From an uncultured Candidatus Bathyarchaeia archaeon (GTDB lineage Archaea > Thermoproteota > Bathyarchaeia > Bathyarchaeales > Bathyarchaeaceae), in the NCBI GenBank assembly GCA_964623205.1, contig CAZUQX010000006.1, positions 45,354-109,353 on the forward strand: 64,000 nucleotides of DNA. Direction: 5' to 3'. Under the pieces are notes generated by a model. The model saw only the letters and a list, made by a program, of their open reading frames with translations. It did not search any database and had not been told where the DNA came from. The position numbers were made by a program, and so were the translations under genes. Below, one piece after another: positions 1-9,390 of the stretch (positions are counted from its first letter, which is position 1; the number at the start of each line of letters is the position of its first letter).

Positions 1-751
1 TCTAGCATCAAAAGCAGACATTTGCTTTAGGGTATTTCATACCGAATGGAGAGGATTGGGGTATGTAAGAGACTTAGTGGTTAAAGAAACTAATGGAAAA
101 TATATTGTTTGGGTCGATGGAGACATGATTTTACCACCGGATCATGTACGGAAGCAGGTTGAGTTCATGGAAAGAGAACAGAAAGTAGGAATTGCCAAGG
201 CCAGATACGGGACTCAATTTCAAGAAAACTTTGTTGGTTTCTTGGAAAATGCCGCAAGTTGGGCGATTGACTTCAAATACGGAGGACGGGAAACCACTAT
301 GCCTCTTGGCACTGGAGGGTGTATCTATAGGGTGGACGCTATTAGGCAAGTAGGTGGTTTTGACGAACACTTGAAGGGTGTGGGTGAAGATCAAGACGTT
401 GAATTCCAAATCAGAAGGGCGGGCTGGTTACTTTACCGTGGAGCATCAGCCTTTTTTTATGAAAAGCGTAGGGAAACTTGGAAGTCTTTGTGGAAAGAGT
501 ATTTTTGGCACGGTTATGGAGGACATTTTCTTTTCAAGAAGAATAGCCGTTTAATCCCATTATATAAGCTAGTTCCTCCAGCAGGTTTTTTGGCTGGTGT
601 ATGGTATTCCATGTTTGCGTATAGAGCAACTGGTCGGAATCTAGTGTTCTTGCTACCAATACAATATTCTTTCAAACGAACAGCTTGGTTCTTTGGTTTT
701 ATTAAGAGTCAAATAGATGACTTTTTCGGTCGTCTGAAAAAAGGGTTGTAA
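1..751 (+). CDS. Family-2 glycosyltransferase, 5'-truncated at the window edge
   Basis: Frame 2 is open from nt 2. The upstream residues 'RVFHTEWRGLGYVRDLVVKETNGKYIVWVDGDM' align with the downstream paralogue 'KIFHTSWKGLGHVRNIVAENAKGEFILWVDGDM'. A GT2 'GEDxD' motif (GVGEDQDVEF) is present, followed by C-terminal TM helices. Confidence 0.8.
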   Translation, partial: LASKADICFRVFHTEWRGLGYVRDLVVKETNGKYIVWVDGDMILPPDHVRKQVEFMEREQKVGIAKARYGTQFQENFVGFLENAASWAIDFKYGGRETTMPLGTGGCIYRVDAIRQVGGFDEHLKGVGEDQDVEFQIRRAGWLLYRGASAFFYEKRRETWKSLWKEYFWHGYGGHFLFKKNSRLIPLYKLVPPAGFLAGVWYSMFAYRATGRNLVFLLPIQYSFKRTAWFFGFIKSQIDDFFGRLKKGL

Positions 752-781
752 CAAGTCTCCAAGAAGCGTGAGTGCTCTACA

Positions 782-1690
782 ATGAAGCCCAAGGTTACCA
801 TCGGTATTTGTGTAAGAAATTGTGAGGATTTAATTGGAGAGAGTGTCGAAAGCATTATGAACCAGGATTTTCCCCACGAGCTCATGGAAGCGATTTTTGT
901 AGATGACGGTAGCGAAGATAAAACCTTATCAATTATCCAAGAACTTGTTTCGAATATTGGAATTCAGTCTAAGATTTTTCACACCTCTTGGAAAGGTTTG
1001 GGCCATGTACGAAACATAGTAGCTGAAAATGCTAAAGGTGAATTTATTCTTTGGGTTGACGGTGACATGGTTCTTGAGAAAGATTTTGTAGGAAAGCAAG
1101 TTGAATTTATGACGCAGCACCCTGAAGTAGGAATAGCAAAAGGAAGACAAGCCTTAGAACCTGGAGGCAATTTACTCAGCACTTTAGAAACATACGCACG
1201 TGCTGCGGGCAGAAATATAGATTACAAATCAAAAAAAGCTCGATCAAAGGCTCTCGGAACAGGCGGGGCCATCTATCGAACTAAAGCTCTTAGGAAAGCA
1301 GGCGGCTTTGATGGAAACTTGAAAGGTTACGGCGAAGATTTTGACCTTGAACTTAGAGTCAGAGGAGCCGGTTATTCTTTAAGTACAATTGACGCAAAAT
1401 TTCTTGATTACGAGAGATATGGATTAACGTGGAAAGGTCTGTGGAATAGATATTGGCTTCGGGGATACTACATTTATTCTTTTTTTCAAAAAAATAGAGG
1501 AATACTTAAGCATTACAGATTGTTTCCTCTTGCTGCCTTTCTATTAGGGCTTATTCACGCTTGTGCTCTATTTAAACTAACGCGTAAGAAGGCGGTTTTT
1601 TTATTGCCCCTTCAGTACGTATTTAAAATGACGGCTTGGTATTTTGGTTTTATAAGACATTGGATGGATTCCCAGGAGCATAGAATCTGA
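782..1690 (+). CDS. Family-2 glycosyltransferase (tandem paralogue of the preceding gene)
   Basis: GT2 hallmarks are present: 'VTIGICVRNCEDLIGESVESIMNQ', 'FVDDGSEDKT', 'WVDGDM' and 'GYGEDFDLELR'. A C-terminal membrane segment follows. Confidence 0.85.
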   Translation: MKPKVTIGICVRNCEDLIGESVESIMNQDFPHELMEAIFVDDGSEDKTLSIIQELVSNIGIQSKIFHTSWKGLGHVRNIVAENAKGEFILWVDGDMVLEKDFVGKQVEFMTQHPEVGIAKGRQALEPGGNLLSTLETYARAAGRNIDYKSKKARSKALGTGGAIYRTKALRKAGGFDGNLKGYGEDFDLELRVRGAGYSLSTIDAKFLDYERYGLTWKGLWNRYWLRGYYIYSFFQKNRGILKHYRLFPLAAFLLGLIHACALFKLTRKKAVFLLPLQYVFKMTAWYFGFIRHWMDSQEHRI

Positions 1691-1846
1691 AGGATATATC
1701 TTCCGAAGTTTGTACCTTTAGAATTGTGGCAGGAAGACACCAGAACTTTGAAGTGCGTATATTTGTTTATCAAAAACTTGTAAGCGCCATTAATGGCATT
1801 AATTTGCGGAATTTTATATGTTAATGAAAAATGGGGGAAATTTGGT

Positions 1847-2557
1847 ATGAAGAATAGAGTTGTTGTATTTGCCCCTCATCCTGATGATGAAATTTTGGGT
1901 TGTGGGGGAACAATAGCTAAGAAAATAAGCGAGGGGTATGAAGTCATCATTGTTTTCTTGACCGATGGTAGATATGCATTTTCTGAAATGCTAAATATAG
2001 ATACAGACCCGACACCAAGTGAACTGAAGGAAATTAGAAAAGAAGAAGCGAAACGAGGTACAAAGCTTCTTGGCATATACCCAGAAAATTTAATCTTTTT
2101 AGATATAGAAGATGGCAAACTCGGAGAAAATGAAGAAGTAGCTGGAAAAAGAATCGCTGAAATATTAAGTAAAAGTTTACCTAAGGAGGTCTATTTCCCC
2201 CAAGAAAGGGAGTTCAATCATGATCATGTCGTCACAAATAGATTGGTAAAACGCGAGATTAGCGGATTTCATCCTCGTCCGGTTGAATATCAATACGTAA
2301 TTGGTTGGGTATATCCGCTTAACTTAGTGGCAAATGTTCTGCCAAAATATCTAAATGAATTAATCTTTTCTAAATTTCTAAAACTTGATAAATGTCACAT
2401 TGATATTTCGGATTTTCTCTTTGTAAAAAAAGCAGCATTGCAGGAATATCAAAGTCAGATAAACATATTCTCAAATAAACAAAGAGGGCCCGTGTTAGGG
2501 AGGTCTTTTCTTAAGAGGTTTTTGAAGACCGAAGAAGAGTTTTTTATTCATCAGTAA
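1847..2557 (+). CDS. PIG-L/LmbE-family N-acetylglucosaminyl deacetylase
   Basis: 'VVVFAPHPDDEILGCGGTIAK' is the PIG-L signature. I place the start at ATG 1847, behind GGGGGA; the ORF itself opens at 1793. Confidence 0.8.
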   Translation: MKNRVVVFAPHPDDEILGCGGTIAKKISEGYEVIIVFLTDGRYAFSEMLNIDTDPTPSELKEIRKEEAKRGTKLLGIYPENLIFLDIEDGKLGENEEVAGKRIAEILSKSLPKEVYFPQEREFNHDHVVTNRLVKREISGFHPRPVEYQYVIGWVYPLNLVANVLPKYLNELIFSKFLKLDKCHIDISDFLFVKKAALQEYQSQINIFSNKQRGPVLGRSFLKRFLKTEEEFFIHQ

Positions 2558-2638
2558 CCGAGAAACGCTTGCACTGGGTTTTAATGGTTTAGTAAGATGT
2601 TGTTTGAAAATACAGATGAACGAGCATCTGCTAAAGTA

Positions 2639-2650
2639 ATGCGCGCGCAT
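2639..2650. repeat. Intergenic alternating-GC palindrome
   Basis: ATGCGCGCGCAT, a perfect 12-bp palindrome, lies 82 nt after the stop at 2557. Confidence 0.8.
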
Positions 2651-2729
2651 GGTAATCGTGCTTGCCAAGACAACGTTATGTCAACAAAAACACTGTTAGT
2701 CTGTTTGTAAGTTAAATGGAGGAAAAAAC

Positions 2730-3782
2730 TTGAAGATAGGTATAATAGGTTGTGGTGGAATCGCTCCTCTTCACCTGCGAGCATATCAAAAACTGAAAGA
2801 TGTCAAGGTTGTAGGGTTATGCGATCTAAATCTAGAGAAGGCTCGGAATCTCGCAGCACAGTTCAAAATCGAGAAGACCTTTAGAGGCTACTGGGAGATG
2901 TTTGAAAAAGAAGAATTAGATTTGGTTGATATATGTACTCCGGTTATGACCCATGCTCAAATAGTCTGTGATGCAGCTAAAGCCGTTCCAGCAATTCTAG
3001 TGGAAAAGCCAATGGCGCTCAATGTCCCTGATTGTGATAAGATGATAAAAGAAGTGGAAAAGCATGGAAGTAAACTTTGCATAGGTCATAACCAGATTTT
3101 CTCTCCGAATGTTCAAAAGGCAAAATCTATAGTAGACTCAGACGCGTTTAATTTGTTTTGCTTCAGAACTACCCAAAAAGAAAGTTATGAGATACTTAAA
3201 GCACAAAAGTTAGCGCCAGCATGGAATGTTTCACCTACCCATGGTGGAATTCTATGGGAGGTCTGCTGTCACCTAGCCTATCTTCAGCTGCATTTCTTGC
3301 CGGATATCAAAGAGGTCTATGCAGTTGGCAACAAAGTAAAGTATCCAGTCTACGATGATTTTGCGGTACTTCTGCGAACAACAGAAGAACGTTTTGGCAT
3401 AATTGAACTTTCATGGCTGTCACACGAGACTGAAACAGTTTATGAACTAAGGGATACTAGTGGAAGAAGAATGCAAATTCACTGGGAATATGACTATTTC
3501 TTAGAGAACAATGGAAAGCCTCCCTACACTGTTGGTAATGTAATAAGAGGTTTTTGTGCAGATGAAAAACGGAATTTGCATAAATGGTACAATTTTGTAT
3601 CATGTTATCTTCATAAGGGGAAGTTATTACCTACATCTAATCTTATTAGTAGCTACATCAATTCCATAAAAAGGGATTTACCTTCACCCGTTTCACCAGA
3701 ACATGGAAGAAACACTGTAAATCTCCTAGAGTGTATCAAAAAGTCTTTAGATGAGAAGCGATCTGTGACAGTGAAGGGGTAA
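2730..3782 (+). CDS. Gfo/Idh/MocA-family NAD(P)-dependent (sugar) oxidoreductase
   Basis: N-terminal Rossmann motif 'MKIGIIGCGGIAPLHLRAY' and 'ILVEKPMA'. The TTG start sits behind GGAGG. Confidence 0.8.
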   Translation: MKIGIIGCGGIAPLHLRAYQKLKDVKVVGLCDLNLEKARNLAAQFKIEKTFRGYWEMFEKEELDLVDICTPVMTHAQIVCDAAKAVPAILVEKPMALNVPDCDKMIKEVEKHGSKLCIGHNQIFSPNVQKAKSIVDSDAFNLFCFRTTQKESYEILKAQKLAPAWNVSPTHGGILWEVCCHLAYLQLHFLPDIKEVYAVGNKVKYPVYDDFAVLLRTTEERFGIIELSWLSHETETVYELRDTSGRRMQIHWEYDYFLENNGKPPYTVGNVIRGFCADEKRNLHKWYNFVSCYLHKGKLLPTSNLISSYINSIKRDLPSPVSPEHGRNTVNLLECIKKSLDEKRSVTVKG

Positions 3783-3810
3783 GGTGCTGTTTCATTCGTT
3801 AAAAAAAGAG

Positions 3811-3820
3811 GTGCGCGCAC
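3811..3820. repeat. Intergenic alternating-GC palindrome
   Basis: GTGCGCGCAC, a perfect 10-bp palindrome, lies 29 nt after the stop at 3782, between convergent genes. Confidence 0.8.
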
Positions 3821-3883
3821 GGTTGTGGGTGGGGATATTATCCATGTTGTGAATAATATAATTATCGAATCATTTATTTCATC

Positions 3884-5188
3884 TTAAGGCGTTAATTCGA
3901 GTGTTAAAGGATGAGGATAAGGATAAGGCGTAAAAATAAATCCGTCATCTTCCATGTTTGGTGCACGAAGGAAGTAGTCAACATTTTCAACATAATCCAA
4001 GCTAATCCCCCAATTTTCACTGTTACCCCAAATATAACTGTCATGGACTAAACATTTAGTTGGTTCTGGATTGTCCCAACTTCCACCAACAAGAGTCCAA
4101 TATGAACCATCATTTGTGTTACCAGTGATTATTGATGCTCCACCACGTTGACGAATAGCCTCATAGTTATATCCATCTTCGCAGTTAAGAAATGTGTTAC
4201 CGTAAACTTCTATTGCTCTGGTTCCAACAGCATCGTATGTTCCGTGAGCGTCTACGTCACCGAAACCGAAACTTGAATCAATAGTATTGTATCTGAAAAC
4301 ATAATGATAACCGTCACCTGAAGCAACACAATGTCTCCATTTGCTGAAGTAGTTGTCTTCAATGAATGTTGTGTAGCTAGTATAATGACCAAAAACGTTA
4401 GTTACATCATCATCCCAATATTCCGCATGAACTTTACCAAGCTGGATAGCATAATCAACCATTCCTGATGCACCATACGGCTCAGGAACACTGTTTGTTG
4501 TAACGAACCTATTGTGGTCAATGACTCCATTGCAGTAAGTTCTTCCTGCACCGTCTACATCTCCGTACCATCCAGCCCAAATGCCTCCGCCAGAAAGCTC
4601 ATAGAATCCACAATGGTCTACTCGATAGTCCATAACATCAGAAAAGATTACTCCTTTTGAACACATATAATCAATGGAATAATCATGCACTCTTTCTCCA
4701 ATAATGCGTATGTTAGCAAACCGTGTCGTTATACTTGAATCGGCATCTCCATAAAAGTAGAACCATGATGAACCTTGAATACTTGGGTGCAATTCTGGAA
4801 TAAGCCATGAACATCTAAGAGTTGTAGCCCAAGATGTAGGTATCCCATCTGAGCCTAACGTTGGCGATGCACCAATAATATTTACTCCAGCAGGAACCAT
4901 AACAAGTCCATAATCTCCCACACCATACCACTGACCCACAGGAGTAAAATCGAAAGTTCCAGCAGGAATATACACTGTGCCTATACCGCCATGTGCTACA
5001 ATCCAGTCTACTGCCTCTTGAATGTCTCTTGCTGAACCACTTGCTGCAGTCACACTCGCAATTGATATTTGACCACTACTTGTCAGAATGATACTGCTTG
5101 TCAACGAAGAGACCACAGGATGTATGAAAAGAGTCCCAGCAAGTACCGTTAAAACCACGATTATCGGCCAAAACTTGCTTTTACGCAA
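3884..5188 (-). CDS. Secreted right-handed beta-helix (pectate-lyase-fold) protein, probable glycan-active enzyme
   Basis: N-terminal signal or anchor 'FWPIIVVLTVLAGTLFI'. 'IQEAVDWIVAHGGIGTVYIPAGTFDF' is typical of pectate-lyase-superfamily N-termini. The protein is rich in Gly/Asn/Asp repeats. Confidence 0.5.
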   Translation of the reverse strand: MRKSKFWPIIVVLTVLAGTLFIHPVVSSLTSSIILTSSGQISIASVTAASGSARDIQEAVDWIVAHGGIGTVYIPAGTFDFTPVGQWYGVGDYGLVMVPAGVNIIGASPTLGSDGIPTSWATTLRCSWLIPELHPSIQGSSWFYFYGDADSSITTRFANIRIIGERVHDYSIDYMCSKGVIFSDVMDYRVDHCGFYELSGGGIWAGWYGDVDGAGRTYCNGVIDHNRFVTTNSVPEPYGASGMVDYAIQLGKVHAEYWDDDVTNVFGHYTSYTTFIEDNYFSKWRHCVASGDGYHYVFRYNTIDSSFGFGDVDAHGTYDAVGTRAIEVYGNTFLNCEDGYNYEAIRQRGGASIITGNTNDGSYWTLVGGSWDNPEPTKCLVHDSYIWGNSENWGISLDYVENVDYFLRAPNMEDDGFIFTPYPYPHPLTLELTP

Positions 5189-5510
5189 TAACCTCGTTTC
5201 TCCAATATTCTCTTATAACCTAAGGGTTAAACTTTTTCGATTCTGTGTAATAATGTTCACATGTTCTTCAAGTAAATATACACTATGGTATATAATAAAT
5301 ATTTTGTCTTAAGAGACCATAAATGAGTGGGATGACCAAAAAATTATTAGCAAAGATAGCCAACTCGCCTTTCAGAGATTATTCTTACAATGTAATACTA
5401 CGTATCGGGGCTAGAATATTTACAAAAATATTTTCAAGTCGCGGGAATAGCTAGCTAACTTGTTATTTTCCCACATTTAGTAATTTTGACGATGCCAAAA
5501 GGGCGTTGAG

Positions 5511-6713
5511 GTGAAACAGAGCTTGCGTGTTCTTTTTCTTTCGGTTGGTGATCCTTTTGCGGGTGGATCTGGCGTGGGGACACATCTAAGTGGTCTTTCT
5601 CGATCTCTTAGCAAGTTAGGTTGTGAAGTACATATATTGGCTTTGAACTCGAGAAACACTGATCGGATTGTTAATGGAGTTCATATGCATTATCTTAATC
5701 CTTTTTTTAACATACCTCTTAACATTCCATTAGTTAAAGGCTTAATTTTTAATTTTCTGTGTTTTAGAGAAGTTAATAGGTTATGCAGTAAATATAAGAT
5801 AGATATTGTTCATGGTCAGAGTCCTTCAAGTTACGGATACGCAATATTACGTAGAGGTGATGTACCGTTTGTTGTTACTCTACATGCCACATCGTTCGGT
5901 GAAATCGAAGCATGCCTTGATGTACATCTTTCGTTCTTAAACAAAAATTTTATCATTGAAGCTGTATCTGAAATGTTATTGACTTTTCTAACTTATATAG
6001 AGTATAAATGCGCTGACAAGGTTATAGGGGTCAGCAAAGCTACTGCTGAGGAAGCAGCAAGATTTTACCATTTATCTAAAGAGCGTATTGTGGCTATTTA
6101 CAATGGAATAGATTTGCCAAGTTTTACTGATTTTCGAGTAGAAAATGAAAAAGAAGAGCATACAATTTTGTCTGTGGGCAGGTTTACATGGAGGAAGGGG
6201 TTTAAGTATTTGATCGAGGCGATACCTAATGTTTTGTCAGAATATCCCGATGCCAAACTACTTTTAGTTGGTGATGGTGACCAAAGGCCGTCTTTGCAAC
6301 GGCATGTTAGGAAGCTTGGAGTCGAAAATTCTGTGCTTTTGTTGGGCAAGGTTTCATTACAAAAACTTTATTCCTTGTATTGTAAGGCAAGTGTATACGT
6401 TCATCCAGCCATATACGAGCCCTTAGGTATCACAATTCTGGAGGCGATGAGTATGGGAAAGCCAGTCGTAGCAACAAAGATTGGAGGGATACCCGAAATA
6501 GTCACAGATGGAGTGGAAGGGTTATTAGTTGAGCCTGGGAACAGTTTGCAGATTGCGAGGGCTATAAATAATCTTTTTTCAGATTCATCGTCCAGAAGAA
6601 GATTTGGAGTAAATGCGAGGGAAAGAGTTGAGACCGAGTTTACATGGGAAGCAATTGCCCAAAAAACCCTTGAATTTTACACGAAGTTACTAAATGATGG
6701 GAAAAATGACTAG
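5511..6713 (+). CDS. GT4 (group-1) glycosyltransferase
   Basis: 'EPLGITILEAMSMGKPVVATKIGGIPEIVTDGVEGLLVEP' is the GT4 E-x7-E region. An alternative TTG start at 5523 lies 8 nt after GAGGTGA. Confidence 0.85.
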   Translation: MKQSLRVLFLSVGDPFAGGSGVGTHLSGLSRSLSKLGCEVHILALNSRNTDRIVNGVHMHYLNPFFNIPLNIPLVKGLIFNFLCFREVNRLCSKYKIDIVHGQSPSSYGYAILRRGDVPFVVTLHATSFGEIEACLDVHLSFLNKNFIIEAVSEMLLTFLTYIEYKCADKVIGVSKATAEEAARFYHLSKERIVAIYNGIDLPSFTDFRVENEKEEHTILSVGRFTWRKGFKYLIEAIPNVLSEYPDAKLLLVGDGDQRPSLQRHVRKLGVENSVLLLGKVSLQKLYSLYCKASVYVHPAIYEPLGITILEAMSMGKPVVATKIGGIPEIVTDGVEGLLVEPGNSLQIARAINNLFSDSSSRRRFGVNARERVETEFTWEAIAQKTLEFYTKLLNDGKND

Positions 6714-6754
6714 CGTGCTCACCAAGGTTTATTTGCGTGCACACCTTGCAGCTG

Positions 6755-6768
6755 CTGCGCGCGTGCAG
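6755..6768. repeat. Intergenic alternating-GC motif
   Basis: CTGCGCGCGTGCAG lies 42 nt after the stop at 6713. Confidence 0.7.
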
Positions 6769-6827
6769 ACTGTAACAACTTGATATACGCACTGATTTGC
6801 TAGACGATAGGTGGGGATAGAGAAGCT

Positions 6828-8078
6828 TTGGATATTCTTCACGTGGTCGCTTTATATCTCCCCTCAGTTGGTGGAACAGAAATTCACACTCGTGAATTGT
6901 CCATTGAGCTTGCAAGGCTTGGGCATCAGGTTTCAATTTTCACAACCGATGCAGTATATCTTAGTGACATGTTTCCTAAAATCGGATATAAAACCCAATG
7001 CTTGGGAGAAGCAGTCTTCACTGATTCCAACACTGTTGTTTACCGCTTCCATATAACCAACTCTTTGTTTGTAGCTTTTGTTATAAAGTGTTTGAGTGTA
7101 GCTTGTGATAGCATTGGAAATTTAGGACTATTCCAGTCAGATGTCTCCAATTATGTTACGGCTTTGCAAAACTCACCTTTTGTTCCAAAACTGTACTTCA
7201 AGTTGATCAAATCAACCCACATTGATGTTGTTAATAGTACACCGTTTCCTTTTGGTTACTTGCTGTTTCTGAAAAAAATATGCGAAAGAAAGCGGATTCC
7301 TTTCATAGTAACTCCAAGGGCACATACTATGTCATGGCTTTACGCACAGTCTTTTTTGTTGAAAACAGCGAGAGAATCAAACGGGGTAATAGCTTTAACG
7401 GAACATGAAAAGGCGTTTTTCGTTGAAAAAGGAGTATCCAATGATAAGATTTTTGTTACAGGTATTGGTATTCACCCCGAAAGTTATCAGAAAGGTGATT
7501 CTGTCTCATTTAAGGCAAAATACGGAATTTCTCAGGATTCTAAAATTATATTGTTTATTGGAAGAATAGATGAAGGTAAGGGCGTTGGGCTTTTACTTCG
7601 AAGCATGGAAATTGTTTGGAAAAGAATACCAGATGTTTATCTCGTTCTTCTAGGCAGATCTACAGAAGGAACATCAATGATAAGAGATCTTGTTCAGGAT
7701 GAGAAGAGAATTATAATCTTACCCGACGCTAATGAAAGAACAAAAAACGATGCGTTGTCTTCCTCGGATTTTCTTGTCCTTCCGTCAATTTACGAGTCTT
7801 TTGGAGGAGTCTTCTTAGAGGCATGGTCAGCAGGAAAACCTGTCATAGGCTCTAGAACACCAGCAATAAGCTGTGTTGTGGACGATATGGTTGACGGATT
7901 ATTAGTGTCTCCAAAAGAGAAGAGTGAATTAGCAGAGAAGATAATTTATCTTTTGGAGAATGAGGATGAAGCTAAGAGAATGGGCGAGAGAGGCAAAGAA
8001 AAGGTTCTAAGAAACTATACATGGGAGATTATAGCCAAAAAAACACTCGAAGTGTATGAACATGTATCCAAGAAGTGA
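6828..8078 (+). CDS. GT4 (group-1) glycosyltransferase
   Basis: 'YESFGGVFLEAWSAGKPVIGSRTPAISCVVDDMVDGLLV', plus the N-terminal 'MDILHVVALYLPSVGGTEIH'. Confidence 0.85.
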   Translation: MDILHVVALYLPSVGGTEIHTRELSIELARLGHQVSIFTTDAVYLSDMFPKIGYKTQCLGEAVFTDSNTVVYRFHITNSLFVAFVIKCLSVACDSIGNLGLFQSDVSNYVTALQNSPFVPKLYFKLIKSTHIDVVNSTPFPFGYLLFLKKICERKRIPFIVTPRAHTMSWLYAQSFLLKTARESNGVIALTEHEKAFFVEKGVSNDKIFVTGIGIHPESYQKGDSVSFKAKYGISQDSKIILFIGRIDEGKGVGLLLRSMEIVWKRIPDVYLVLLGRSTEGTSMIRDLVQDEKRIIILPDANERTKNDALSSSDFLVLPSIYESFGGVFLEAWSAGKPVIGSRTPAISCVVDDMVDGLLVSPKEKSELAEKIIYLLENEDEAKRMGERGKEKVLRNYTWEIIAKKTLEVYEHVSKK

Positions 8079-8153
8079 TACACGTAGCGAGAGCATAGAA
8101 TAGGGAGAAGACAAAGAATTGGTCAAACAGTTTGCATCAAGAGGGGTTAATTG

Positions 8154-9221
8154 ATGGAACTCGATAGAAATATTAGAGTTTCATATTTCACACATCCAGT
8201 CGCCTTTAACATCTTCGGCGGGGCTGAAATCCAGATACTGAAGACAAAAATGTATCTGGAAAAGTTGGGAAATTCGTCTATTAAACTGTTTGATGCCTTC
8301 CATGATAACATAGAAGATTATGATATACTTCATAATTTCCAAATGAGTTCAGAATCTCTTCCCTTGTTCAGACTAGCTAAGCTAAAAGGGAAAAAAACTG
8401 TTCTTTCGCCTATTTACTGGGAGTCATCTCCTCCGATTTTGCATAAAATTGGTCCTACAGCTTTTTTCCGACTTTATTCGAATTGGAAGACCTACAGAAT
8501 TCCTGCATTTTACGAATTGTATCCATTTAAAGATTTCCTTGAATTGGCAGACATTGTGCTGCCGAATTCTCGAATCGAGGCTGCACTCCTATCAGTCAGA
8601 TTTCGCGTGAATCCAAAAAAGTTTTTTGTTGTTCCTAACGGGGTAGACAAGAGATTCTTGGAAGCAAAACCTGATTTATTCGTTGAAAAATATGGTGTGA
8701 AAGACTTTATATTATATGTAGGCAAAATAGAAGAGAGAAAAAATGTGTTAGCACTTCTGAAAGTTTGCAAAGAAATTGAACTACCAACAATAATAATCGG
8801 GGATGGGCATCCATTTAAAATAGATTACTTTATGAAATGCAGAAAGATCATCGAATCCAGTCGTAGCATACAATTTATTAGTTCTCTTTCGCATGATTCT
8901 GAAGAACTACGTTCAGCTTATGGCGCTGCAAAGGTTTTTGTTTTGCCAAGCCTCTATGAAACACCTGGTTTGTCTGCTTTGGAAGCTGGATTGGCGGGCT
9001 GTAATTTGGTCATCACTAGGGGAGGATCCACTACAGAATACTTTAAAAATCATGCGTTATATATAGATCCAGCTTCAAAAGAAGATATAAAGAAGAAAAT
9101 TTTGGAAGCCTACGAGAGACCAAAGAATAACGTACTCAAGGAACATATACTAAATAACTATACGTGGGAAAAAACGGCTAAAAGAACTCTGGATGCGTAT
9201 AATTTAACGCGCGCGCAATAA
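8154..9221 (+). CDS. GT4 (group-1) glycosyltransferase
   Basis: 'YETPGLSALEAGLAGCNLVITRGGSTTEYF'. The ATG at 8154 sits behind GAGGGG. Confidence 0.8.
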   Translation: MELDRNIRVSYFTHPVAFNIFGGAEIQILKTKMYLEKLGNSSIKLFDAFHDNIEDYDILHNFQMSSESLPLFRLAKLKGKKTVLSPIYWESSPPILHKIGPTAFFRLYSNWKTYRIPAFYELYPFKDFLELADIVLPNSRIEAALLSVRFRVNPKKFFVVPNGVDKRFLEAKPDLFVEKYGVKDFILYVGKIEERKNVLALLKVCKEIELPTIIIGDGHPFKIDYFMKCRKIIESSRSIQFISSLSHDSEELRSAYGAAKVFVLPSLYETPGLSALEAGLAGCNLVITRGGSTTEYFKNHALYIDPASKEDIKKKILEAYERPKNNVLKEHILNNYTWEKTAKRTLDAYNLTRAQ

Positions 9222-9243
9222 GGCATTAAATGCGCGCGCGCAT
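9208..9243. repeat. Pair of (GC)n tracts able to form a 9-bp all-GC hairpin across a stop codon
   Basis: CGCGCGCGC (9208-9216) and GCGCGCGCG (9232-9240) are separated by 15 nt. The second tract lies inside the 14-bp palindrome ATGCGCGCGCGCAT (9230-9243). The stop codon is at 9219-9221. Confidence 0.8.
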
Positions 9244-9390
9244 AAAAGTAGGCGCCAAAGTCTTTATCTTTGTATAAGAATCTGGAAAAATTTTATAAAT
9301 TTTCAATAATTAAACTACTGTTAAGTTAATATGTTCAACGGTTATGTTGTCTAAATGGTTTCGTTAGATTGTAAAAGGGGTTAAAAATTA

